Shown piece after piece: positions 1 through 12,583 of a stretch of 64,000 bases of DNA (positions are counted from its first letter, which is position 1; each line of letters begins with the position of its first letter). The position numbers were made by a program, and so were the translations under genes. Under the pieces are notes generated by a model. It was not told the origin of the DNA and ran no database searches. It worked only from the letters and a program-made list of their open reading frames with translations. Source of the stretch: Octopus vulgaris (Eukaryota). The DNA is taken from contig OX597822.1 in assembly GCA_951406725.2 (NCBI GenBank), positions 56,978,001 through 57,042,000 of the forward strand, given 5' to 3'.

Positions 1-129
1 TGTTAACGTAAAAGCCGTAAAAGTAAAGTATACACACAATAATATTACAGAAAAACATATTACATCATCTTTCAGAAAAATATGCTTGGCTGACGTGAAA
101 AACGAAACCAAGCACTGAAATGCCGTCAG

Positions 130-230
130 TTGAAAAACTATATCAACTTTTTTTACAACCAAATATATATGAAGCCAAAATATCTAATCTCAAGGCCAAT
201 TATAGACATTTTATAAATTATATAAATAGA

Positions 231-307
<77 letters not shown>

Positions 308-480
308 TCAAGTTGAAAGATAAAAGAAAAGAAGAGAAAAAATTAAAGAAATGATATTAATAGCTACGATTATCTTTAAGAGAATATTAAAATTTCATCA
401 TTTTTGTCAGATTTAAATTTAGATCAGACGCAAATGTCTAAGATGAAATACCCCAAAACTACAAAAACAATAGATGAAAA
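130..480. repeat. Degenerate AT-rich interspersed repeat, interrupted by (TA)n(TG)n; a related copy lies in opposite orientation at ~9995-10290
   Basis: tttttgtcagatttaaatttagat (~401-424) resembles the reverse complement of atctaaattt...aaatctgacaaaaa (~10064-10095); further blocks match. Confidence 0.45.
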
Positions 481-534
481 ATTAAATACACACACTTACA
501 CACACACACATATTTATATATATATATATATATT

Positions 535-603
<69 letters not shown>

Positions 604-832
604 CAACAATGTTGTTGACAGGGACTTCGAAGTTCCGGCCAGCTAAGCCATCGTCGGACTGCGATGCATCAGAGTTAGTCTCTGTTGAATCAAAATCATC
701 TTCGCGTGTGTGCGTATATGTATGTATGAATGTATAACACACACACACATATGCTGAAACAGTTCTATTTATATTTCACGGTAGGTGACCAGCGTTGCCG
801 GGTATGTGAGTACATACATATACATACATACA

Positions 833-867
<35 letters not shown>

Positions 868-942
868 GTATATATATATATGTGTGTGTAAATGCATAAA
901 TACATATATACATATACATACATATATATATGTATATATATG

Positions 943-1018
<76 letters not shown>

Positions 1019-1098
1019 TCCCGGGTTGAGTCGGGGTTAACCACAGTAAATAAGGTACTCAATACGTAGCAGAGTAAATTAATTTATTTTATAGAAGG

Positions 1099-1149
1099 AG
1101 CTTCTACAGGACTAGAACTGTTTCATTCAAAAGAAATCATCAGGAAGCT
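1099..1149 (-). ncRNA. Type I hammerhead ribozyme
   Basis: Minus strand: AGCTTC-CTGATGA-tttcttttgaat-GAAACAG-ttctagtc-CTGTA-GAAGCT; stem I 6 bp, stem III 4 bp, GUA cleavage triplet. Confidence 0.8.
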
Positions 1150-2729
1150 AGTAGACAAGAGTTGTTTTGGCATTTATACATTTAGGCAGGTTTAATTGGG
1201 TGGTGGTGGGGGACTATTTTTGGGGGTAGGCATGGCGCAAAACTGTCATTATAAGGGGAGTGGTCAAAGGAATCGGTGGTAAAGTAGATAAAAGAATAAA
1301 TAAAAGAATAAAAAAATAAAAAAATATAAATAGAAAAATAGGGTTTTAGGCAAGCAGGGAAACTCCCACTTGTACATCCACATATATATATATATATATA
1401 TACACATATATACACCCGCATATTCACATATATCTATATATATACATACATACCCACACATACATACATATATATATATACATACATACACACATATACA
1501 CACATATATACATACATATACACATATATATACACACACACCCATGCACGCACGCACACACAGACACACATATACATACACATACACATACATACATATA
1601 TGTATACCCACTCGCACAAACATATACAAATGCACATACATGCACACACACACACACCCTTACTCTCCCATTTATATATATATATATATATATGTGTATA
1701 TGTATATGTATATGTATGTGTGTGTGTATATATGTGTGAGTGTGTATGTGTATGTATATGTGTATGAGTATATATGTATATATATATGTGTATATGTGTA
1801 TGTATATGTATGTATGTGTATGTGTGTGTATGTATGTGTGTATATATATTGGTTGGTGTATGTGTATGGACTGGTCTTCTGTGAGTGTGTTGAGGTATGT
1901 ATGTGTATGCGTGTATGTGAATATACGTGAATGTGTGTAGATGTATGCGTGTATGAATATAACACATGGACTGGTCTTCTGTGGGTGTGTTGGGGTGTGT
2001 CTGTGTGTGCGTGTATGTGGGTGTACGTGAGTGTATGTGGATGTGTGCGTGTATGGATGTGGCACGTACGTGTGTGTGCGTGTGGGTGTGTGGGCGTGGG
2101 TGGGTGCTTGCGTTCGTGTAGGTAAGTAGAGGGATGGAGTCTTTGGATCGTCCCTTGAGACCGATTGACCGGTCAAGATGGAAATAAAGATAGAGATATA
2201 GACAGGGGTAGTAATAATAAAATTAAAATGGGAGAGTAACGGTGTGTGTGTGTGCATGTATGTGCATTTGTATATGTTTGTGCGAGTGGGTATACATATA
2301 TGTATGTATGTGTATGTATATGTGTGTCTGTGTGTGCGTGCATGGGTGTTTGTGTATATATATGTGTATATGTATGTATATATGTGTGTATATGTATGTG
2401 TATGTATGTATATATATATGTATGTATGTGTGGGTATGTATGTATATATATAGATATATGTGAATATGCGGGTGTATATATGTGTATATATATATATATG
2501 GATGTACAAGTGGGAGTCTCCCTGCTTGCCTAAAACCCTATTTTTCTATTTATATTTTTTTATTTTTTTATTCTTTTATTTATTCTTTTATCTACTTTAC
2601 CACCGATTCCTTTGACCACTCCCCTTATAATGACAGTTTTGCGCCATGCCTACCCCCAAAAAATGTCCCCCACCTACACCCATTTAAACCTGCCTAAATG
2701 TATAAATGCCAAAACAACTCTTGTCTACT

Positions 2730-2780
2730 AGCTTCCTGATGATTTCTTTTGAATGAAACAGTTCTAGTGCTGTAGAAGCT
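2730..2780 (+). ncRNA. Type I hammerhead ribozyme
   Basis: AGCTTC-CTGATGA-tttcttttgaat-GAAACAG-ttctagtg-CTGTA-GAAGCT. Confidence 0.8.
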
Positions 2781-2793
2781 CCTTCTATAAAAT

Positions 2794-2839
<46 letters not shown>

Positions 2840-2844
<5 letters not shown>

Positions 2845-3905
2845 GGATGAATGAATTATTGTTTGTTTACTGTTAACACGGAAAATTCAAGAACCAGTTA
2901 CCAGGGTAGCAAAGTTCACGCGAGTAACAAGGATGTAGCGACCTATTCAAAGATAGAAACTCCTGGATAATGTGCAGTAATTTGTATAGTATAAGTAAAT
3001 AAATGGAGTTGAACGCAGGTGTTATTCAAATTCTTTTACTTTCGACATATGTTTCGAAGACAACATTGGTTTTATCCCAAAGGAATAAACGGTGTAAAAT
3101 AATGTAATCTTCTCATCAGGAAAGAAAAACAATAATAATTTTGATGATTGGATAAATGATAAACAGAACGCTATTAATTATTTTTTAAAAACCATTAGTA
3201 GATCTGACGCGAAAGGCAGACCATAGGAAGAGAAGAGGTAAAGAAATAAAGAGGGATATATTGGTTGAAAAATTTTTCAAAGGCATGGAAGTAGATTTCT
3301 CTATTGAAGTAATGTGCAAGGTGAACTAGATATTCAAACTATACAGAGTGGTAAAAATCACTTATATGAGCTAAAGGTATGGTTCTGCCAGTGCTTACAT
3401 TTGTAAGATCACTCTATAAGTGTGTTAACAAGGTGATTATTAGAGAAGAGAATATGGAAGAGTTCCGAGTTGCAAATGTTACAAAATCCTTTGCCCTTGT
3501 CATAAGGGAAAGAGATAGATAGGATGAAGCAATCTAACTTAAAATCCTTATTGTTGTCTTTAAGATACCAAACCGATTTACTTAACCCTGTGCTATTACG
3601 TTTACTGCTATCCCTAAATGAAGAATAATGATTGGAAATTCTCTTAGATAAATGGAAAGAGGAAGCGCCAATATGGAGCCAGTACCACATTAGTTTCCTC
3701 TCTAGAGAGACCTCCTTTATTTTGTGCATGCCAGAGTACCGTATTGAGTATAATAGGGTTGATTGATGAATACAAGCTAGATATATCAAACTGAATAAAT
3801 TTAGTGTTAACCTTATTAGCAATAGAAGAAAACCAATCAACAATTTGAAAAGAATTAGACCATAAGCTAAGTTTTAATTTATTGATTAATATAGGGACAT
3901 ACTTA
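2840..3905 (-). mobile_element. 5'-truncated Penelope-like element: degenerate GIY-YIG endonuclease plus pseudo-LTR with hammerhead
   Basis: ORF 3409-3843 has HIGAS...KRISNHYSSFR...RNSTGLSKSVWYLKD...PY..GKGFCNICNSE, typical of a PLE GIY-YIG C-terminus; hammerhead downstream at 3039-3124. Confidence 0.75.
3039..3124 (-). ncRNA. Type I hammerhead ribozyme with palindromic minimal stem III and long stem II
   Basis: Minus strand: CTTTC-CTGATGA-GAAGA(47 nt)TCTTC-GAAAC-ATAT-GTC-GAAAG. Confidence 0.8.
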
Positions 3906-3912
3906 TCTAAGA

Positions 3913-3985
<73 letters not shown>

Positions 3986-4019
3986 AGAGAGAGAGGCGGG
4001 GAGAGAGAGAGAAAGACAT

Positions 4020-6150
4020 TAGAAAACAAAAGCACAAGCAAAACGGAAATACTAAATTTATCCACTAAGAAATTATCTAAAGAAGAAATTAAACTTCTGG
4101 AAAATAGATTGAAATTTACACCCACTCCAAAACCCAACGAAGCTGAACTCATAAAAGACAGAATAATTTTGACGGAAATTACGACTGAGAGAATTTTTTT
4201 TAAATACTGGATACACAGACAAATCACTGGTTAAAAACAGAACAGGGTTCAGACCTCCCTTATACAGAGACTAAAAGTTAGAAGAATATATTAGCTACCT
4301 ACAACGATCTTTTGACAGAGAGGAAATGTAAACCCAACTTATCTAAAGATCAGTTGGAAGCTTTAACAAATTTGCAAAGAGATTCATCGATAATTTTCAA
4401 AGAAGCTGACAAAGGTGGAGCAATAGTTATCATGGACAAGGACCATTACAGATATATGTTTAGGGAACAACTTAATGGCCAACACTTCCACAAGAAGCTA
4501 AACCAAAACGAAGATAAAAAGGCCATGAGCGAGAAACATAGATTGGTTTAAAATATCGTAATAACCTAACTGGGAATGAAGTTAATTATTTAACCAATTT
4601 CGAAGTAAAAACCAGTAACTTCTATGGATTACCTAAGATCCATAAATCAAAAGAAAGACAAAATAAAAGGAAACAATTCAACCAGAGACCTGAAATTACA
4701 CGCAATCATTGCAGAACCAGCATCTTAATACATATAGTTTTAAAACCTTTATGCAACATTACACCAAGATTTGTCCGGGACGATATGGACTTTTTAAACT
4801 ACATACCTAAAAGTGTCCACCAGGAGACAATTCTTGTTAGCTTCGATGTAACTAGTCTTTACACCAATATCCTACACGACCCAGGAATTGAAGCTATAAA
4901 TTTCTGCACCCGAATCATATCATGGAAAGATTCTCAAACACTTTCATTTTAGAAGGATTAGAATTAATACTGGGAAATAATCATTTCTTCTTCAACAACT
5001 TCTACTTACAAATGAAAGGGATGGTGATGGGGGAAAAGCTATCCCCCACTTTCGCAATACTCGTAATGGGCTTCTTAGAGGTCAAACTCTGTTTCCAACG
5101 AACAGAGACATTTAACGAACAATTCTCGATTTATATTAAAAAAATTGGAAACGATATTTGGATGACAGTTTTATATTTTGTACCAAAAGGCAACAAGACT
5201 TAGGAATCTTTCACTCACTTTCAAATAATTTACATACCTCAATGAAATTCAGTATGGAACAGCACACAAAGGAATTAGCATTTTTAGACATACTTCTAAT
5301 TAAAGAAGATGACACCATAAAAACAGATCTCTTCCACAAACCTACAGAGACACACCAATATTTGAACTTACGTTCCTCCCATCCCTCACATATTAAAAGA
5401 AACATACCCATTAATATGGCGATATGAATTTGCGCTATGGTAAAAGATGCAGAATTAGGGGATAAAAGATTACAAGAATTAAAAGTATCCCACTAGATTA
5501 ATTGATCCAGCAATTACCAGGCGAAAAACATCCCAACTACAGACGTCAGAGGAAAACAGACATACAATAATAAAAATACAGACTCATAAGCACTCCTTTT
5601 GTCATCACACCCAACCCAAGAAATCACGACATCATCAATATCGCAAAAAGTGTCTCCAGTACTTCAACAATCATCATAAATGAACAATTTTAATAACAGA
5701 TTCAGACGTGAAGCACCCAACCTAAAGAAAAGCTCTTAACTCAAGCAAGATTTACAACTAGGGAAACAACAAAGAGAGTTCAAAAATGTGGTGACCCTCG
5801 TTCTGGAACATGTGATTACGGTGACGAAGAAGAAGAAATTACTTTTAAAGACAGCAACATTCTAAAAATAAATGGAAATATGAATTGCAAATTCAGGAAC
5901 CTAATTTACTGTGCCAATGCTCCGAATACAAAGAATACTACATTAGTAAAACTGACATTGAACTATATAAGAGATTAAGGGTACATAAACAACAAAACCA
6001 TGACCCTTCCGTTAGAAACACAACTTGCAAATGTGGGAAAAGAAAATTCAAAATATTCCCTTTCTTCAAACTATGAACAGAAAATGAACATTTTCGCAAG
6101 GCTAAGGGAAAATACCTAATTCGAAAATACCAGCCAAACCTGAATAAAAA
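4020..6150 (+). pseudogene. Degenerate Penelope-like RT plus GIY-YIG ORF (many stops and frameshifts)
   Basis: Fragments EADKGGAIVIMD, FYGLPKIHK, SFDVTSLYTNI, QMKGMVMG, MDDSFI, LAFLDI, TDLFHKPTETHQYL..SSHPSHIKRNIP, then C..C..YYISKT...KRLRVH. Confidence 0.85.
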
Positions 6151-6361
6151 AAAACAATACTAAAATCACCGGAACTACCATCCCAACAATCCATAGAAAG
6201 ACACTAACCAAACACTGCCTGAATAATGAAAATGACATATGCTTTTATATTTTTTTCTGTACTATTTTATGCACCCAAAATATTATATCCAGATGGATGT
6301 TTTTTTTTCTCCCTTCACTCTCTATCCCTCTATCTCTCCCCCTGTCTCTCTCCTGTTCTGC

Positions 6362-6440
<79 letters not shown>

Positions 6441-6799
6441 TGTATGTATAGGTGTATATATATATGTGTGTGTGTGTGTGCATGCATAGGTATATGGGTT
6501 AAGGGGACTGTATATTCATATATTATGGGCATATATACCATGTTTGAGAACTAAATATGTGACCTCAAATCAGTAGCCACCCCACCAGTCATCTTTTGAC
6601 ATTTCACAATATTGGCCACTCCAAAATGTTCCATTTTTTAAATCCTTGAGGGATTTAACTCTCCTTTCCCCTCCGTTCCCAATTATTATTAGTCTTATCT
6701 TCATTCTGATCGTCATCACTATTTGTATATTTAATTTTATTTTTATCCTCATTTCATTTTTCCCCTTCTTTTTCTCCTTCTTTCTTCCTTTTTTTCCTT

Positions 6800-6892
<93 letters not shown>

Positions 6893-7213
6893 CAAAAATC
6901 ATTTTGTATTTTTTCTATGTACTTTTCCGCTGTTGTGTATGTTTTTTGTGTGTATACTTCTAATTTTATTTGCTTTTTAAGCAACAGGTAAAGCATCCAC
7001 TTTTCAGTTTGAAAACGGATATTTGAATCTTGAAACTCATACCAGAGTCATTCACTGTAAACAATATTATCAAAATATAAATTATCCCAAAAAATTATCC
7101 CCCAGAAGTTATCTAATAAAAATCATCGCCGAATAATTATTCAATTATCCATCTCTACTTGTTTTTTCAGATATATAATACTGTACAATGAACTTCCTTT
7201 TTATTATTCTACC

Positions 7214-7278
<65 letters not shown>

Positions 7279-7359
7279 TATATATATATGTATGTATGTG
7301 TGTGTGTGTGTGTGTTTGCGTGCGCGTGTGTATGTATGTATCTGTGTATATATATATAT

Positions 7360-7410
<51 letters not shown>

Positions 7411-7611
7411 TACATATACATATATAGATATAGATATATATATATATATACACATATATATATGTAATGTGTGTGTATGTATGTATGCATGTATGCCTAC
7501 ACACACATGTGTATATATATATACATATATACATGCGTGTGTGTGTGTGTTAAATATAATAAGACAACAAAGCCAAGGCTGTGTGGAATTTCCAGAACAT
7601 TTATAAAGAGA

Positions 7612-7662
7612 AAGTCTTGCAGCTGTTTCTGGGATATTAGGGATATTTCTTCATCAGAGATT
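7612..7662 (-). ncRNA. Degenerate type I hammerhead in a PLE pseudo-LTR fragment (~7550-7900)
   Basis: Minus strand: atct-CTGATGA-agaaatatccctaatatccca-GAAAC-AGCT-GCA-agac; U16.1 mutated to C. Confidence 0.55.
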
Positions 7663-7899
7663 ATGTGAGATGGTTAAATACAGGGAAATATTAGAATTCA
7701 ATATGAGGATTTAGTTTGGAAAGGAAGCAAATAAGGTGTATATAGGGAAATAAAGAATGAATATAGAAATAAAAATAAAAATGCAAACTTGCAGTTCCAT
7801 TGTCACTGTCATTATCGAGCCGAGAGTAACTACAGTCCTTCCATAGCACTTACATAGTATTACTTGCCACCTTGAGTCTTCTGTGTACCAATACCTCTC

Positions 7900-7938
<39 letters not shown>

Positions 7939-8036
7939 TATCTTTTCTGTATGGCTGCCACTTTTCGATTTCTTCAACTTTTGTTTCATTTGACTTCAAA
8001 TTTGATGTATAGGTGTAGTTTTGTATGGTAGTCATG

Positions 8037-8158
8037 AACATCAAATTCATTTTCGCCATAGTTCAATAAATAAAAACTTAAGAGATTTTAAAATTTGCAA
8101 ATTTTAAAATCTCTTAAGTTTTTATTTATTGAACTATGGCGAAAATGAATTTGATGTT
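8037..8158. repeat. Perfect spacer-less palindrome, 61-bp arms
   Basis: aacatcaaattc...aaatttg|caaattt...gaatttgatgtt, centre at 8097/8098. Confidence 0.9.
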
Positions 8159-8179
8159 TTATATATATATAACAACAAC

Positions 8180-8295
<116 letters not shown>

Positions 8296-8310
8296 CAACA
8301 ACAATAACTA

Positions 8311-8415
<105 letters not shown>

Positions 8416-9980
8416 GTAGTTGAAATTTACAGAAAACCAAGACGAAATTAGGTGTATAAACAGCAATCAGTATGACGGTCGGGAAGGAGAGACAGTCTTT
8501 TACGTTTCGAGCCTACGCTCTTCAATAGAAAGGAACGCAAGGAAATAATCAGAGAGAGAAAAAAAACTTGTGGAGTTAGCGGTTAATCATGGTGATTGAT
8601 TGGACAAAGCTAGTTAGACAGGAGAGGTAGGAAGAAGGGGAGATAATAAAGTAGTGGTGATCCGAAAACGAAGGTGCGCGCGTGTGTGTGTGTATAGGGG
8701 CTGGTCACTTTGACGTGTGGATGTGTGTGTCAGTGTGTGCATCTGTAATATGAGAGTGTGTGGATGATGGTGTGGGTGCTGGGGAGTGGTCAGTGACAGC
8801 ATGTGTGGAATAGTGTGGTGTGGTATGATGTAGTGAGGTGGTGTGGTGTGGTGGTGGTATGTGGTCTGGTGTGGAGGTGTTGGCGTGTGGGGATGTGAGG
8901 GTGGGTATGGGTTTGAGGTGAGAATGTGGGGTGCGGTGATGTCGGGTGGGGTATATGGGAGTGGGATGTGTGGTGGTTGGGTGGATGGAGTGGTATCAAT
9001 GAAGGGAGAAGGTGAGTAGGTGTCAGGGTAAGAGAGAAGAGGAGAGGTGGGTAGGACTGAAGAGCGAAAGTAGCTGTCGGATGAAGAGAGGAGAGGAATG
9101 AGTCAGATGAAGAGGGGAGGGGAGTTGAGCCCATGTGGCGCAAAGGAGCGAAGGAAGATTAAATCCTGTTCACAGTGAAGGCGGGAGTCCGAATGGCCAC
9201 TGTACAAAGACAGTCCGAACACAAACATGTGTTGTAATGAATGACCGGTAGAGCGGAAATGGTGCGAGACTGGGGTGTTATTGCTGAGTCTAATGTCTCG
9301 AAGGTTCTACGCGAACCGGTCAGCCAAGCGGCGTCCCGTTTAAGCGATGTAAAGAGGACAGGATGAGCATGAGATGAAGTAAATGACGTTGCTAGAAGTA
9401 CAGTTAAAGGAGTCAGTGATATGATAGTAACGATGATGGGTGTCTGTGATGATAGTGGCGTAGGAAAGGTAGGGGAAAATGCAGCAGCGTGGGCGGGGGC
9501 AGGGGAACGAGCCAAGTTGGGAGGTTGGGCTAGGGAAGAAACAGTGGACCAGCAGGTCACGTAGGTTGTAGGTTCGTTTGAAGGAGGGAAGAGTTAGGTT
9601 GGAGAAGATGTACGAAGTAGAGGGGTCGGACTGGAGTCGCCGGAAGGCTCGGAGTATGGTGTGTTGGAGGGGCAGGGTGGAGGAGTGATAGGTGAGGGGA
9701 AACGGGAGGCGAACAACGGCAGGGTGGCTGTGAAGAGAGAAAGTACGGTCCACGGAACGTGCTCTGGCAAGGGCGGTTTGGATAGGGGTGAAGGGATATC
9801 CACGAAGGATGAAGTGGCGAGCCATGAGTTGAGACTGAATTTCAAAGTCATAGTTGTCACTGCAGAGCCTGCGCAGACGTAGGAATTGGGAGTAGGGAAT
9901 GGAGTTTTGTGCGGGTGTGGGGAGGAGGAGATTTTGAGGTATGAGTGTAATTTGGTGTGTTTGTAGTAAATGGAGGTAGA
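8416..9980 (-). mobile_element. 5'-truncated Penelope-like element (Poseidon-type): RT C-terminus, GIY-YIG, low-complexity 3' region and pseudo-LTR
   Basis: YYKHTKLHSYL.ISSSPHP, MARHFILRGYP, NLRDLLVH, GSFPCPRPRC, FNCTSSNVIYFISCSSCPLYI motifs; hammerhead-like motif at 8496-8532. Confidence 0.8.
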
Positions 9981-10374
9981 TATATAAACATACATATATA
10001 TTTTTGATTTTTCATTTATTGTGATATTTTTTGTTATATTTCTCTCCATGCACATTCCGCTTAATCTAAATTTAAAAACATAAATCTGACAAAAATAAAG
10101 TAATTTCAATATTCTATTCTCTAAAAGATAACTGTCGCTACTGATACCGACCCTTTTTACTTTTCTCTATGTTTTTGTTTTTTTCTATGAATTCTATTTT
10201 CACAGATTTATATATTAGTTCTGTTTATAAAATTTCTGAAATGTTTATAATTCGCCTTCCAGATAAAATAGTTTTGTTTATTAGCTATTTATTTAAATTA
10301 AGTAGGATATAGCTAACTCTTTATTGATATAAATCTGTTTTTGTTCGTATTATTGTGTTTCAAATTAAATCTTC

Positions 10375-11235
10375 AAGCTCGCAGAATCGTTAACACAGCA
10401 TTTCATCTGTATTCACGTTCCAAGTTCAAATTCCACCGATGTTGACTTTGCCTTTCATCTTTTGGGAGTCGATAAAATAATGCACCAGTAGAGCACTAGG
10501 GTCGATGTAATCGACTTATCCCATATCACGAAAATGTTGGCTTTGTCCCAAAATTTGAAATCATTATTATGTGGCAAATTAAGTCGGTGAACTCACAGAA
10601 TCTTTAGCATGCCTGGGAAAATTCTTAACAGCGTTTGACCGTCTTCATGTTCTGAGTTCAAATTCCATTCGAGGTCAACTTTACTTCTCATTCTTTCAGA
10701 ATTGATAAGATGAGTACCAGTTGAGCGCTGGGGTCGATGTAATCGACCTACTCTTTTCTATGAAATTGCTAGCCTTGTGCCAAAATTTGAAAGCAATTTA
10801 ATACACAAAAAAAGTAAGGCAGCGGGCTGGCAGAATCGTTAGTACGCCAGGCAACATGCTTATCGTCATTTTGTCCGTCTTTACGTTCTGAGTTCAAATG
10901 CCGACGAGGTCGACTTTGCCTTTCATAAAATAAGTACCAGTCAAGAACAGGGGTCGATGTAATCGTCTTGTCCCCTCCCCAAAAATTTCAGGCCTTTTTA
11001 CCAATAATAGAAGGGATTATTATTTTACAAATTAGGACAATGAGCTGGCAGAATCGTTATCGCTTTGGTCAAAAAGTTTTTCTCCCAATTCTTTATGCTC
11101 TAAGTTCAAATTTCGATTTTGCCTTTCATCCTTTTGAGGTCGATAAAATAAAGTACCAGTCACGCGCTGGGGCGAATGTAATTGACTAACACCTATCCCC
11201 TAAAATTACTAGACTTGTGCCAAAATTTGAAATAA
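10375..11235 (+). mobile_element. Four head-to-tail copies of a tRNA-derived SINE (~10375, ~10585, ~10817, ~11040)
   Basis: Each has gagctggcagaatcgtta...ctgagttcaaattcc...gtcgactttgcctttcatc...gataaaataagtaccag...ccaaaatttgaaa; central domain resembles the Meta-type SINE core. Confidence 0.8.
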
Positions 11236-11419
11236 TTATTGTGATACCTAAATTATGGCTGTTATTTTTGTGCTTTCCGCTTTATATACTGTTATAAGCC
11301 TGAGGTGCTCTTGGGACGTATCACTTATCCGACAGAACCCAATTCTAATGGGAAAGCGTAAATATCGATGCTATTCGATATATGCTTTATGAACTTTTCC
11401 CTTTGCTTCTTCATGAGTC

Positions 11420-12565
11420 TTAGTGATTTGATGACGCAGGTATTATTTCGATCTCATATTCTACATCTTATTGATTTCAAACTATGACACCGGATATCTG
11501 TATCTGTATGTGCAGACATTGTCGCCATAATACTGTCGCACAACACAGAAGTCGAGGTTGTCGGCAACTTTCTAAAGGAATACGAGACCATGACGGCAGT
11601 AAACATTAACCTAAGATATTAGTGGGTTTGTAACGCGGTTATCATACTATCGGGCAACTTTGTTAGGTGGCAGACGGTTGGAAAGGGCTAAATTGACTGG
11701 GATCTGGTTCAGTTTATACATCCAAGATATAAACGAAATTTTGGATAGGGTAGTCAGACCCACTCCGAAATGGAAGCTATATTGAACGATTGTGCTTTAC
11801 TTTAGTTTTCGACTGACGTGGAGTAGCGTCTATTCTTCCGTATTTTGAGGAAAAGACGCCTTCCACTGATCATGTTGCCCATCCGCAGCCAGTACATTCT
11901 GTGGGTGTTCAATATGCCGTGGATGATGACGTACAGATTTCCGCGAAGCTATAGCATCTGCAGAGATTCCTTGATAAGCTGATGTGGTCAACGGTTTTCA
12001 GGTACGTTTTCTCACTGCTCGATAAACTGTTAAAAGCCGAGTACATTGTACAGATCACCTGCAACCGCCTTTAGTCCACGAAGAGCTTGTAGTTTTTACC
12101 TGTCTGATGGTTATGATTAAAGAAGTTATGTGGTAGACACATCCGAAATTATTGAAGCCCAACATTTTCGTTTTCTACCAAGCTCCCAGTAACTTTCGTG
12201 GTAGGAAGCGAGAAATAAATGTACTTCCCACCCACTGACTGTAAATAGATGTGAATAAAAATGAATGTGCTTTCCACACACCGACTATAAATTTGTTGAG
12301 AATTTGGTGAGAGTAACGAAGAAGTCTCGAGTGAGGCGTCTATTGCTCTAGAACGGCTGGTGAAGGAGTAATTGAAGTGGTCAGGATAATTTGGGGTCTA
12401 TGGCTTTCTTTTATCGTAGCTAGGAGGTCAAACATCAATTGTAATTTGTTATGACTATTTAACTTTTATTTTTAGTGTATCTAAAGCTCCAGTATGTTTT
12501 ATCTCGTTCTCTTCTCTGTAATGTGCCCAATGTCTTTCAACCCTTATGGCTAATAAATTTATTTG
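11420..12565 (+). mobile_element. Old degenerate Tx1-like ORF2 3' part and 3' end
   Basis: CADIVAII / LKEYETMTAVNIN match YADDVTVVV / LNQYEAVTGAKIN of the intact ORF2; 3' end cccttatggctaataaa...ttg-(att)n matches the young element end. Confidence 0.65.
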
Positions 12566-12583
12566 ATTATAATTATTATTATT

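Larger units (their letters stand above)
1017..2797. mobile_element. Non-coding Penelope-like inverted-repeat element inserted in (TA)n; arms ~1083-1672 and ~2226-2797, each with a hammerhead
   Basis: About 580-bp near-identical inverted arms; ~65-nt extension on the left arm only; flanked by (TA)n on both sides. Confidence 0.8.

Noticed and set aside
615-700. GC-rich snippet with CTGATG on the minus strand
   Set aside because: Core does not match (CTGATGC, GAAGTC) and there is no stem I
120-2700. Many ORFs rich in YI, CV, HT repeats (and similar ones across the window)
   Set aside because: Stop-free translations of (TA)n, (TG)n, (TACA)n, (GATA)n, (ATT)n and (AGT)n microsatellites
6210-6250. 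Expected hammerhead after the plus-strand PLE
   Set aside because: CTGAATA...GAAA lacks pairing stems; too decayed to call
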